Shown here: positions 36,941-45,946 of the stretch, in pieces | How positions within the stretch are numbered: position 1 is the stretch's first letter | Layout: each line of letters opens with the position of its first letter | From: a virus | Lineage: Duplodnaviria > Caudoviricetes | IMG/VR virus record: IMGVR_UViG_3300042970_000025 | Reading direction: 5' to 3' (one strand) | Length of the DNA stretch: 64,000 nucleotides | The notes under the pieces: generated by a model | What the model was told of the DNA's origin: nothing | Seen by the model: only the letters and a program-made list of their open reading frames with translations | Database searches by the model: none | Position numbers and translations under genes: made by a program

Positions 36941-38053
36941 GTGGATTTCAAAACATTGTTTGCCGTTTTGAAAAAATATCTGTCTGACGGTGCAGATGTC
37001 CCTGAATTTATGAGAACTCTCATTTCAATGATTACAGAGCTTTCTGAGGAGGATTGGGATGTAAAAAGAGATCCATTAGGAATTGTAAGAGATGCGACTC
37101 TACGGAATTATGCGAAACGAGGATTATCCAAAAAGTTTGCGAAACAGGTCGCCTATAGGTTGAACAGGGAGAATATGATTGCCTGGATCGGGGGAAGCGA
37201 CATCTCTAACCGTGAAATGATGGCACAAGACTTTCACCCTTATGATCCTTCTGTAAATGCAGATAATGTGGCAGAGAAAGTTGCGGATTGGATGACAGAC
37301 TGCATTCGCAAACTGGCAGGTCTTGTTCCTGCAGCTGAAATGAATCAGCAGAAACAAGAGAAGCAGGCGTCTGATTTAAAAAGTAAATATGGTAACTATC
37401 TATTAGCCGAGTCAGATCATCACTGTCCAAACTGTGGCAGGCGGTTGATTATTTCCAGAAATGGGGAAACGGTTCCTGTATATGAAGTCAGCATCATTGA
37501 TCAATCAAAGGCTCCGGAGCCGCAGAACCTGCTTGCCATGTGTCCGAACTGTGCAGCTGTTTATCAAATGGACGATGATGCCAAGCTTCAGAAAGAATTG
37601 AAGGCGAAAAAGAATATTCTTTCCACTCATGAACAGAGTATGGAATTGCTGGAAGATCTTCCGTTGGAGCGGGGCATTACGGGTGTCGTGACAAGGATTA
37701 AGAAATTGAAAGAAAAGGATATTGCTGAATCTAAACTTGATCCGAAGGAGCTGACACAAAAGCTCGATCCTTCGAAGGATATGGCGATTTATCTTTCGGT
37801 GAAATTATATGTTACGACCTATTTCAATAAGATAGATCAGATTATGATCAACCTGGATAAGAAGAAGCAAATTGATTATGACGAAGTCCAGAGACAGATG
37901 AATGGAATGTACCGAAGACTTAACAAGACAAAAAAATCCAAAGCAGAAATCTTCAATGAGATCTCAAGGAAAGTGCAGCGGGTAACGCTGCAAGAGGATG
38001 TTTTTTGTCAGATTGTTGTTTCCTACTTTATTCAGAAATGTGAGGTGTTCTAA
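36941..38053 (+). CDS. ABC-three-component (Lamassu-like) effector: N-terminal helical domain + Zn/HNH-like domain + CTD
   Basis: CPNCG...NLLAMCPNC motif, C-terminal IVVSYFIQKCEVF typical of ABC-3C CTDs. Likely GTG start at 36941. Confidence 0.75.
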   Translation: MDFKTLFAVLKKYLSDGADVPEFMRTLISMITELSEEDWDVKRDPLGIVRDATLRNYAKRGLSKKFAKQVAYRLNRENMIAWIGGSDISNREMMAQDFHPYDPSVNADNVAEKVADWMTDCIRKLAGLVPAAEMNQQKQEKQASDLKSKYGNYLLAESDHHCPNCGRRLIISRNGETVPVYEVSIIDQSKAPEPQNLLAMCPNCAAVYQMDDDAKLQKELKAKKNILSTHEQSMELLEDLPLERGITGVVTRIKKLKEKDIAESKLDPKELTQKLDPSKDMAIYLSVKLYVTTYFNKIDQIMINLDKKKQIDYDEVQRQMNGMYRRLNKTKKSKAEIFNEISRKVQRVTLQEDVFCQIVVSYFIQKCEVF

Positions 38054-38283
38054 TGCAGCTGCCGAACAAACTTTATTCATATGAAAAAAGCACCCTCTAT
38101 TATGTTCCGATGGTGCTGCAGCTACTGAAAGATGGCCCAATGAAGGTAATGGACTTATATGACTCTATGCGTCATTTGCTTAAAGATCCGACTGATTTTC
38201 TGGCAGTAATGGACTGCCTTTATGCATTGCGTGCGGTTGATATTAATTCAGATGAAGAGGTATATTCATGCTTAAAGAAATGA
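38053..38283 (+). CDS. ABC-three-component middle component
   Basis: M.LPNKL.SY..S.L...LD.LYAL small protein coupled between effector and ATPase. Confidence 0.75.
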   Translation: MQLPNKLYSYEKSTLYYVPMVLQLLKDGPMKVMDLYDSMRHLLKDPTDFLAVMDCLYALRAVDINSDEEVYSCLKK

Positions 38284-39911
38284 GTTCTCCAGTATTTATA
38301 GAAAAAGGTGAAGTTCGACCACCGATCGTATTCAAGCGAGGACTGAATGTAGTGCTTGGTAAAGAGGATGCGGCAAACTCCATAGGAAAATCATCTGCCT
38401 TGCTTGCAATAGATTTTGTGTTTGGAGGAAATACCTATTTAACAAGTGATGGTATAAGGCACATGGGCCATCATACGATTTACTTTACGTTTGAATTTGA
38501 TGGAAGAGATTTCTACTTTGCCCGAAATACAGCAGATGCGGAGCAGATTCAGATCTGTGATATGAATTACAATCTGACAGGCAATGTCTGGACAAAAGAA
38601 CACTTTACCAACTGGCTGAAGCAGAAATATCATATGGATTTTCCGGGATTAAAGTTCCGCCCGGTGCTAAGCAGCTTCTTTCGTATTGCCGGAAAAGAAA
38701 ATACAAATGAACGCAGACCACTGGTCGGTCTTCCCGGTGATAGCATGGAAAAATCAATAAATAGATTGATCACGCTTTTCAATCGCTATGAGGATATCGA
38801 GGATTACTCGAAGCGGAAAGATGAGCAGAAGGAAAAACTGAAAGCTTACAATAAGGCACGGGACTATCAGTTCATATCAAATCTTGTCGGCGGCAAAGAA
38901 CAATATGAAAAAAATGAAGCAGAAATTAAATCCCTTCAGGTTCAGTTAGATACATTAACTTCCGCACAGGCGGAAGCTAGTTCTGAGGAAGATATCCAAA
39001 AGAATATGCAAAAAGCGGAGCTAAAAGACAGAAAGCTGAGATTGGAAGAGCAGATCGATTCCCTACGTAGGAGACTATCTCTTCTGGATTTAAGTATTGA
39101 GTATGGTGTTTATCCGACAGAGAATGATCTTTCTGCGCTTCAGGAATTTTTTCCGGAAGTAAATTTGAGAAAACTGTATGAAATAGAAAAATACCATAGG
39201 AAGCTTGCAAAAATACTCGACGGACAGTTCACTGCCGAACGGGACAATGTTCAGGCTGAATTAGAGGGATTGGTAGAACAGCGGCAGTCTTTGGTTAATC
39301 AAATTCATGAGCTTGGTTTTGTCGGAGGACTTTCAAAGGAATTCTTAGACAAGCATTCTGAGATTAAAGGAAAAATGGATGCACTGAGAATACAAAATCA
39401 GGCATATGTGATGAAGAAAGAACTGGAGGATCAGAAGAAGGCAGCAGATGATATGCTGAAGCGAGCAATCGCATCCATTCTTGCAGATATTGAACAGTCT
39501 GTTAATACGAAAATGAAAGAATACAACGATATGTTATTCGCGGAAGAACATAAACCGCCGATTCTGCATTTTAACGATTACAACAGTTATCGATTTGAAA
39601 CACCAGGTGACAGAGGAACCGGTTCGAATTATAAGGGGATGGTTATCTTTGATCTGTCCATTCTAGCGTTAACAAATCTTCCTGCGATTGCACATGACTC
39701 ACTGATCTTAAAAAATATTAGCGATGGGTCAATTGATGGTATAATGAAGATCTACGAACAAAGCAGGAAACAGATATTTATTGCTTTCGATAGACAGCGT
39801 ACCTATAGTAAAAGTACTCAGAAAATATTAAATGATAATACCGTGCTGAAGCTTTCTGATCAGCACTGTGAATTATATGGGGATTCTTGGAATGTAGAGG
39901 TAAAACGGTGA
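38268..39911 (+). CDS. SMC/ABC-like ATPase (DUF2326 family)
   Basis: F..GLNVVLG....NSIGKSS Walker A, long coiled coil, GTGS.YKG signature, IAHDS Walker B. Confidence 0.85.
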   Translation: MLKEMSSPVFIEKGEVRPPIVFKRGLNVVLGKEDAANSIGKSSALLAIDFVFGGNTYLTSDGIRHMGHHTIYFTFEFDGRDFYFARNTADAEQIQICDMNYNLTGNVWTKEHFTNWLKQKYHMDFPGLKFRPVLSSFFRIAGKENTNERRPLVGLPGDSMEKSINRLITLFNRYEDIEDYSKRKDEQKEKLKAYNKARDYQFISNLVGGKEQYEKNEAEIKSLQVQLDTLTSAQAEASSEEDIQKNMQKAELKDRKLRLEEQIDSLRRRLSLLDLSIEYGVYPTENDLSALQEFFPEVNLRKLYEIEKYHRKLAKILDGQFTAERDNVQAELEGLVEQRQSLVNQIHELGFVGGLSKEFLDKHSEIKGKMDALRIQNQAYVMKKELEDQKKAADDMLKRAIASILADIEQSVNTKMKEYNDMLFAEEHKPPILHFNDYNSYRFETPGDRGTGSNYKGMVIFDLSILALTNLPAIAHDSLILKNISDGSIDGIMKIYEQSRKQIFIAFDRQRTYSKSTQKILNDNTVLKLSDQHCELYGDSWNVEVKR

Positions 39912-39914
39912 GAA

Positions 39915-40136
39915 ATGAAAACGAGTTATAAAAAGTTATGGAAGCTGCTGATCGATCGTGACATGACAAAAACGCAGCTTCGGAAAGCATCAGGGATAAG
40001 CTCGTCATCCCTTGCAAAGCTGGGAAAAGATGAGAACGTAACAACAGCCGTTCTTGTTAAAATTTGCGAGGCTCTTGAGTGCGATGTATCGGATATCATG
40101 GAGATAGTGCCGGAGGGGGATGCTTTGGACCAATAA
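39915..40136 (+). CDS. XRE/Cro-CI HTH regulator
   Basis: SYKKLWKLLIDRDM.K..L....GIS....AKLGKDENV....L.KIC..L.C...DIME. Confidence 0.9.
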   Translation: MKTSYKKLWKLLIDRDMTKTQLRKASGISSSSLAKLGKDENVTTAVLVKICEALECDVSDIMEIVPEGDALDQ

Positions 40137-40163
40137 TTCACTTACTGATGGAAGGATGCTTGA

Positions 40164-43100
40164 ATGGAAACGTTTAATAATACTACCAGGGTTGTCAAAG
40201 ATGACCTTGTTAAGAAAATTAAATCCGGCAGCAAGGTGTCAATCGCATCAGCCTGCTTTTCTATCTATGCGTATCAGGCACTGAAGGATGAACTGGAAGC
40301 CTGCGATGAATTCAGGTTCATCTTCACGTCGCCGACTTTTGTGGCAGAAAAGACGCCAAAAGAACGCCGGGAATTCTATATTCCGCGTCTCAATCGTGAA
40401 AAGAGCCTTTATGGTACAGAGTTTGAAGTACGCCTTCGGAATGAACTGAAGCAGAAAGCGGTAGCAAAAGAATGTGCTGCCTGGATGCGCAGGAAAGCGT
40501 CCTTTCGAACCAACACCACAAGAGAAGGGATGAACAATTTCCTTGTTATTGAAAATCCTGAAGATGCCTATACCTACATGCCGATGAATTCTTTCACGGC
40601 AGTCGATATCGGGTGCGAACGAGGCAACAATATCAGTAATATGGTGACTCGTTTGGAAAATCCCGCCAGCAGAGAGTTTCTGAATCTCTTTGAGACGGTC
40701 TGGAACGATAAGGAAAAACTCACCGATGTAACTAATGACGTCATTGATATGATCAGTACAGTTTATCAGGAAAATCCCCCGGAACTGATCTATTTTATGA
40801 CACTCTATAACATCTTCAGTGAATTCCTGGATGATATTTCAGAGGACGTTCTTCCGAATGAGGCTACCGGATTCAAAAACAGTGTGATCTGGAATAAACT
40901 GTATAATTTCCAGAAAGATGCAGCGCTTGGAATCATCAACAAACTGGAACAGTATAACGGATGCATCTTGGCAGACAGTGTTGGCCTTGGTAAGACATTT
41001 ACCGCTCTTGCTGTCATTAAATACTATGAAGGGCGGAATAAGAATGTTCTTGTGCTCTGCCCGAAGAAACTGTCTGAGAACTGGATGACATACCGTGGAA
41101 ATCTCGTTAATAATCCACTGGCCGCAGACCGTTTCCGTTATGATGTGCTGTATCATACAGACCTTTCCAGGAACAGCGGAATGACACCAATCGGTCTTCC
41201 GATAGACCGGATTAACTGGGGAAACTATGACCTTGTTGTAATCGACGAGAGCCATAATTTCAGAAATGGCAACGGAACCAACACACATGGCGGCGAGAAG
41301 GAAAACCGCTATATGCGTCTGATGAACCGGGTAATCCGGCCGGGAGTACGGACCAAGGTCCTGATGCTTTCCGCGACACCGGTTAACAATCGTTTTAACG
41401 ATCTCAAAAATCAGATTGCGCTGGCGTATGAAGGAAACCCGGAAGAAATCAATGACAAGCTGAATACAAAGTCTGATATCGATACGATCTTCCGACGGGC
41501 ACAGAAAGTCTACAATTTATGGTGCAAGCTGCCGGAGCAGGAAAGGACAACAGAGAATCTTCTTTCCCAGCTCGACTTTGATTTTTTTGAAGTGCTGGAT
41601 GCAGTCACTATTGCAAGATCCCGTCATCATATTCAGACCTATTATGATACCAGTGAAATCGGGACGTTCCCTAAACGAAACAAACCGATTTCCCTTTATC
41701 CGAAACTGACCGACAGGAAGGGAGCGATCAATTACAAGGAAGTTTACGAGTGCCTTTCTGATCTGAAGCTGACGATTTACACACCGACGCAGTACATTCT
41801 GCCGAGCAAACTGTCGAAGTATCTGTCGGAGGAGGAAACGGAGAATTTCCGAAAGGGGCGAGAGACTGGAATCCAGAAACTCATGAGCATCAACCTCCTG
41901 AAGCGGATGGAAAGCTCTGTACACTCATTTCTTTTGACGGTAAAGAGAGTGTATCGATATCTTTATGATACAGACCAGATCATCAACGATTTCATTCAGA
42001 ATGGCAGCGGAAATTTGGATGAGATGACCGATCTGTCCGGGGCAGCGGCAGATTTTGATGATGACGATCAGAACACGGACTTCTTCTCTGTCGGAAAGAA
42101 AGTCAAAATCGACCTTCATGATATGGACTATATTTCATGGAAACGGGATATAGAGATGGATCTGGAGACATTGGCTGTTCTCATCGGCATGGTGGAGGAT
42201 ATTACTCCGGAATATGACTTTAAACTGAACCAGCTGATTCAAGTGATTCAGAATAAAGAAGAAAATCCAATTAATCCAGGAAATCGAAAAGTGTTGATTT
42301 TTACAGCATTTGCAGACACAGCAGAGTATTTATATGAGAATATCGCGCCAAAAGCGAAAGCGCTGGGCTTAAACACCGCTCTTGTCACAGGAACAGTTGA
42401 AGGAAAAACGACCATTCCGGGATTTAAGGCGGAAATGAATCATGTGCTTTCCTGCTTTTCGCCTTTATCCAAAGACAGAGATGTGCTGTACCCGGAAGAT
42501 ATGAACAACAATATTGATATTTTGATCGGCACAGACTGCATTTCAGAAGGACAGAATCTGCAGGACTGTGATTACTGTATCAACTATGATATCCACTGGA
42601 ATCCGGTGAGAATCATTCAGCGGTTCGGAAGAATCGACCGTATCGGAAGTAAGAATAAGGTGATTCAGCTGGTAAACTTCTGGCCGGATTTGACCTTGGA
42701 TGAATATATTAATTTAAAAGCAAGAGTAGAGACGAGAATGCGGATCTCCGTCATGACTTCCACAGGCGACGATGATCTGATTAATCCAAACGAGCAGGGA
42801 GACCTGGACTACCGAAAAGAGCAGCTGAAGAAGCTACAGGAAGAAGTCATGGATCTGGAAGAGATGAATTCCGGTGTTTCCATTACCGACCTTGGACTGA
42901 ATGACTTTCGGATGGATCTTCTTGCGTACATGAAAGATCACAAGGATATCGATCATATTCCGCTTGGAATCCATGCTGTAGCGCATGGAGAGAAACCAGG
43001 TGTGATCTTTGTCTTGAAAAATGTAAACTCAAAGATCAACATCAAGAACCAGAACCGTCTGCATCCGTTCTATATGGTGTATGTGGGAATGGACGGTGAG

Positions 43101-43394
43101 ATTATTACCAATCATTTGCAGCCAAAAGACACGCTGGATGAGATGCGGCATATTGCAAGAGGGAAAACAGAACCGGATAAAGAGCTGTGTAAAAGATTTA
43201 ATACGAAAACAAAGGACGGCCGGAATATGAGCACGGTTTCGAACCTCCTGGAAGATGCCATCGGTTCGATCATCGATGCAAAGGATGAGGAAGATATTGA
43301 CAGCTTCTTTACGTCCGGTGAGACGACCTTCCAGTCCGGCGGGTTTTCCGGACTTGAAGACTTTGAATTGATCTGTTTTATGGTGGTGATGTAA
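40164..43394 (+). CDS. SNF2-family helicase associated with type III RM
   Basis: ADSVGLGKT, DESHNFRN, SATPVNN, TDCISEGQNLQ, QRFGRIDRIGS. Confidence 0.92.
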   Translation: METFNNTTRVVKDDLVKKIKSGSKVSIASACFSIYAYQALKDELEACDEFRFIFTSPTFVAEKTPKERREFYIPRLNREKSLYGTEFEVRLRNELKQKAVAKECAAWMRRKASFRTNTTREGMNNFLVIENPEDAYTYMPMNSFTAVDIGCERGNNISNMVTRLENPASREFLNLFETVWNDKEKLTDVTNDVIDMISTVYQENPPELIYFMTLYNIFSEFLDDISEDVLPNEATGFKNSVIWNKLYNFQKDAALGIINKLEQYNGCILADSVGLGKTFTALAVIKYYEGRNKNVLVLCPKKLSENWMTYRGNLVNNPLAADRFRYDVLYHTDLSRNSGMTPIGLPIDRINWGNYDLVVIDESHNFRNGNGTNTHGGEKENRYMRLMNRVIRPGVRTKVLMLSATPVNNRFNDLKNQIALAYEGNPEEINDKLNTKSDIDTIFRRAQKVYNLWCKLPEQERTTENLLSQLDFDFFEVLDAVTIARSRHHIQTYYDTSEIGTFPKRNKPISLYPKLTDRKGAINYKEVYECLSDLKLTIYTPTQYILPSKLSKYLSEEETENFRKGRETGIQKLMSINLLKRMESSVHSFLLTVKRVYRYLYDTDQIINDFIQNGSGNLDEMTDLSGAAADFDDDDQNTDFFSVGKKVKIDLHDMDYISWKRDIEMDLETLAVLIGMVEDITPEYDFKLNQLIQVIQNKEENPINPGNRKVLIFTAFADTAEYLYENIAPKAKALGLNTALVTGTVEGKTTIPGFKAEMNHVLSCFSPLSKDRDVLYPEDMNNNIDILIGTDCISEGQNLQDCDYCINYDIHWNPVRIIQRFGRIDRIGSKNKVIQLVNFWPDLTLDEYINLKARVETRMRISVMTSTGDDDLINPNEQGDLDYRKEQLKKLQEEVMDLEEMNSGVSITDLGLNDFRMDLLAYMKDHKDIDHIPLGIHAVAHGEKPGVIFVLKNVNSKINIKNQNRLHPFYMVYVGMDGEIITNHLQPKDTLDEMRHIARGKTEPDKELCKRFNTKTKDGRNMSTVSNLLEDAIGSIIDAKDEEDIDSFFTSGETTFQSGGFSGLEDFELICFMVVM

Positions 43395-44027
43395 ATGATA
43401 GATTTTCCGGAAAGCACACTGGTGCATAAACGCATACCGAAAGAAGCGTTTTACAGACATCTTCCGTTGTCTGCAGCGTTGAAGGCGAAATTTGTGTCAG
43501 ATGTTGACAGCATCGTTGTGGCAAACAGTTTGACAAAGGATAATCTGAACCTGGCAAAGGAATCAGAGATCAAGGAAATAATGCTTTTGTCCATAACTTT
43601 AAGGAAGCAGAACTTTGACGGAAAAGTAGTGGAGGCAATCGCAAGGCAGAATCCGCATAAGCTGGTATTCCTGCTTGTTTATGAAGACGAACGTCAGCTG
43701 GCCGTTTACCACAGCAAACTGTACCGTACAGAATGGATGAAGAAAGAAGACCTGTCGCTGACACTTGCAGGGAACACCCTTGATGAAATCTGGGATGACC
43801 TTGTTAGGCAAGTTGCCATCTCATCTGAAGCTGTATTGCAGAAAAAGGACCAGACGGTAAGCGAACAATTAAAAGCGCAGGATGAAATCAACCGGCTGAA
43901 TAAATTGATCAAGAAAACAGAAACCGCCGCATGGAAAGAACAGCAGCCAAAGAAGCGGTTTGAATTATACAAGAAGCTGCAGAATTATAGAAAACAACTG
44001 GAGGAAATCACACATGGAGAAGCTTAA
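43395..44027 (+). CDS. DUF4391-family protein
   Basis: P.ST...KRIPKE.FY, C-terminal coiled coil E.QPKK.FEL; canonical position before mod. Confidence 0.82.
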   Translation: MIDFPESTLVHKRIPKEAFYRHLPLSAALKAKFVSDVDSIVVANSLTKDNLNLAKESEIKEIMLLSITLRKQNFDGKVVEAIARQNPHKLVFLLVYEDERQLAVYHSKLYRTEWMKKEDLSLTLAGNTLDEIWDDLVRQVAISSEAVLQKKDQTVSEQLKAQDEINRLNKLIKKTETAAWKEQQPKKRFELYKKLQNYRKQLEEITHGEA

Positions 44028-45945
44028 GATGCATACAAAGGATCTGGCTGAAGAGAATTATAAGAAGTTGGCAGAAATATTCCCGGATGCAGTTACAGAA
44101 ACCGTTGATGAAGACGGTAATGTAGTCCGTGCGATTGATAAGGATGTCCTGGTGCAGGAAATTAACGCAAAGGTTGTGGACGACGGTCAGGAACGCTATC
44201 AGTTTACCTGGCCGGACAAGAGAAAGGCAATAGTACTTGCAAATCAGCCGATTGCAAAGACACTGCGCTTTGAAAAAGAGAAATCTGTAGGAAAAGACGG
44301 AACTCCAGGAGGAACGGATTCGGAGAATATCTATATTGAAGGAGATAATCTGGACGCACTGAAACTGCTTCAGGAGACATATCTGGGAAAGGTGAAGATG
44401 ATCTATATCGATCCACCTTATAACACAGGAAACGATTTTATATATGAAGACGATTTTTCTCAGAGTGCTGTTGAGTATGCTGAAAATAGTGGTCAGGTAG
44501 ATGAAGAAGGAAATCGTTTAGTACCAAACAGTGAGAGTAATGGACGGTTTCATACAAATTGGTTAAATATGATTTATCCCAGATTAAGATTAGCAAAAGA
44601 TTTATTGAGAGATGACGGAGTTATTTTTATTAGTATTGATGATAATGAAATAGATTCTCTAAAAAATATTTGTAATGAAATTTTTGGCATGAATAATCTG
44701 GTAGCAGAAATTCCGTGGCAATCAAGAGCATCAGTACAGAATGATACGGATTTTAGTGTAAATCATGAATATATTTGTGTTTATGCAAAACGAAGAAGAC
44801 GGGAAAATCGAAGATTGAAAGAAAGCAACTATAAAGAATGGCATAAACGGGATAGTTTTGTATGCAAACCGTTACCCCTTGACAAAAGTAAATTTGACAA
44901 CCCTGATAACGATCCAAGAGGATTATGGAAAGCCGATCCATTCGATGCCCCGAATGTTAGACCAAATCTTACATATGAAGTAACAAATTCTATCACTGGG
45001 GAGAAGCACCTTCCACCAAGAGGGAGGCACTGGAGAATTTCTCCTGAAAAATTCTCCAGTGCTTTAGCTGATGGGCGAATAATCTTTGGCAAAGATGGGA
45101 AGGGTCGCCCTCAGATAAAATCCTTTTATGAGGAAAAAAAGGAATTTGGATCAATTGACAATTCGTGGTTTAGTGCAGAAAAAGTAGGAACCACAACAAA
45201 TGGAACAAAAGAAGTGATGAAGATTTTTGATGGAAAATCTTTCTTTGATAAACCAAAGCCAACAACTTTATTGTACAAATTAATTGATTTAGCAAATACT
45301 ACAAACGATGATATCATACTTGACTTTTTCTCAGGCTCTGCGACAACTGCTCATGCCGTTATGCAATTGAATGCTGAAGACGGCGGTAATCGTAAATTCA
45401 TTATGGTCCAGCTTCCGGAAGAGACAGCAGAGAAATCAGAAGCATATAAGGCCGGCTATAAAACAATCTGTGACATCGGCGAAGAACGCATCCGCCGTGC
45501 AGATAAGAAAATTAAGGAAGAAACCGGCGCTGATATTGATTATGGTTTCCGTTGTTTTAAGGTGGATTCTTCTAACATGAAGGATGTATATTATCGACCT
45601 GCAGAAGTTGGCCAGATGAGCCTTGATCAGTTCACGGATAATATCAAGGAAGATCGTACGCCGGAGGATTTGCTGATCCAGGTGATGCTGGATCTTGGCG
45701 TGCTTTTATCTTCCAAAATCGAACAGACAGAGATCGCCGGGAAAAAGGTTTTCTCCGTAGAAGATGGATATCTGATTGCCTGCTTTGATCAGAATGTAAC
45801 GGAAGACGTTGTTACAGAAATTGCTAAGCAGCACCCGTTTTATGCAGTGCTCCGTGATAGTTCCATGGCGGACGATAGTGTGGCTGCGAATTTTGAACAG
45901 ATCTTTGAGACGTACAGCCCTCAGACAGTAAGAAAGGTACTTTAA
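44014..45945 (+). CDS. mod: Type III restriction-modification methyltransferase (Mod)
   Basis: ERY.FTWP.K, IEGDNL, IYIDPPYNTG, F..PKP, LDFFSGSATTAHAV. ATG at 44014 after GGAGG. Confidence 0.95.
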   Translation: MEKLKMHTKDLAEENYKKLAEIFPDAVTETVDEDGNVVRAIDKDVLVQEINAKVVDDGQERYQFTWPDKRKAIVLANQPIAKTLRFEKEKSVGKDGTPGGTDSENIYIEGDNLDALKLLQETYLGKVKMIYIDPPYNTGNDFIYEDDFSQSAVEYAENSGQVDEEGNRLVPNSESNGRFHTNWLNMIYPRLRLAKDLLRDDGVIFISIDDNEIDSLKNICNEIFGMNNLVAEIPWQSRASVQNDTDFSVNHEYICVYAKRRRRENRRLKESNYKEWHKRDSFVCKPLPLDKSKFDNPDNDPRGLWKADPFDAPNVRPNLTYEVTNSITGEKHLPPRGRHWRISPEKFSSALADGRIIFGKDGKGRPQIKSFYEEKKEFGSIDNSWFSAEKVGTTTNGTKEVMKIFDGKSFFDKPKPTTLLYKLIDLANTTNDDIILDFFSGSATTAHAVMQLNAEDGGNRKFIMVQLPEETAEKSEAYKAGYKTICDIGEERIRRADKKIKEETGADIDYGFRCFKVDSSNMKDVYYRPAEVGQMSLDQFTDNIKEDRTPEDLLIQVMLDLGVLLSSKIEQTEIAGKKVFSVEDGYLIACFDQNVTEDVVTEIAKQHPFYAVLRDSSMADDSVAANFEQIFETYSPQTVRKVL

Positions 45946-45946
45946 A

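Noticed and set aside
44014-45945. Phase-variable mod (phasevarion)
   Set aside because: No simple-sequence repeat tract found in or before the ORF.
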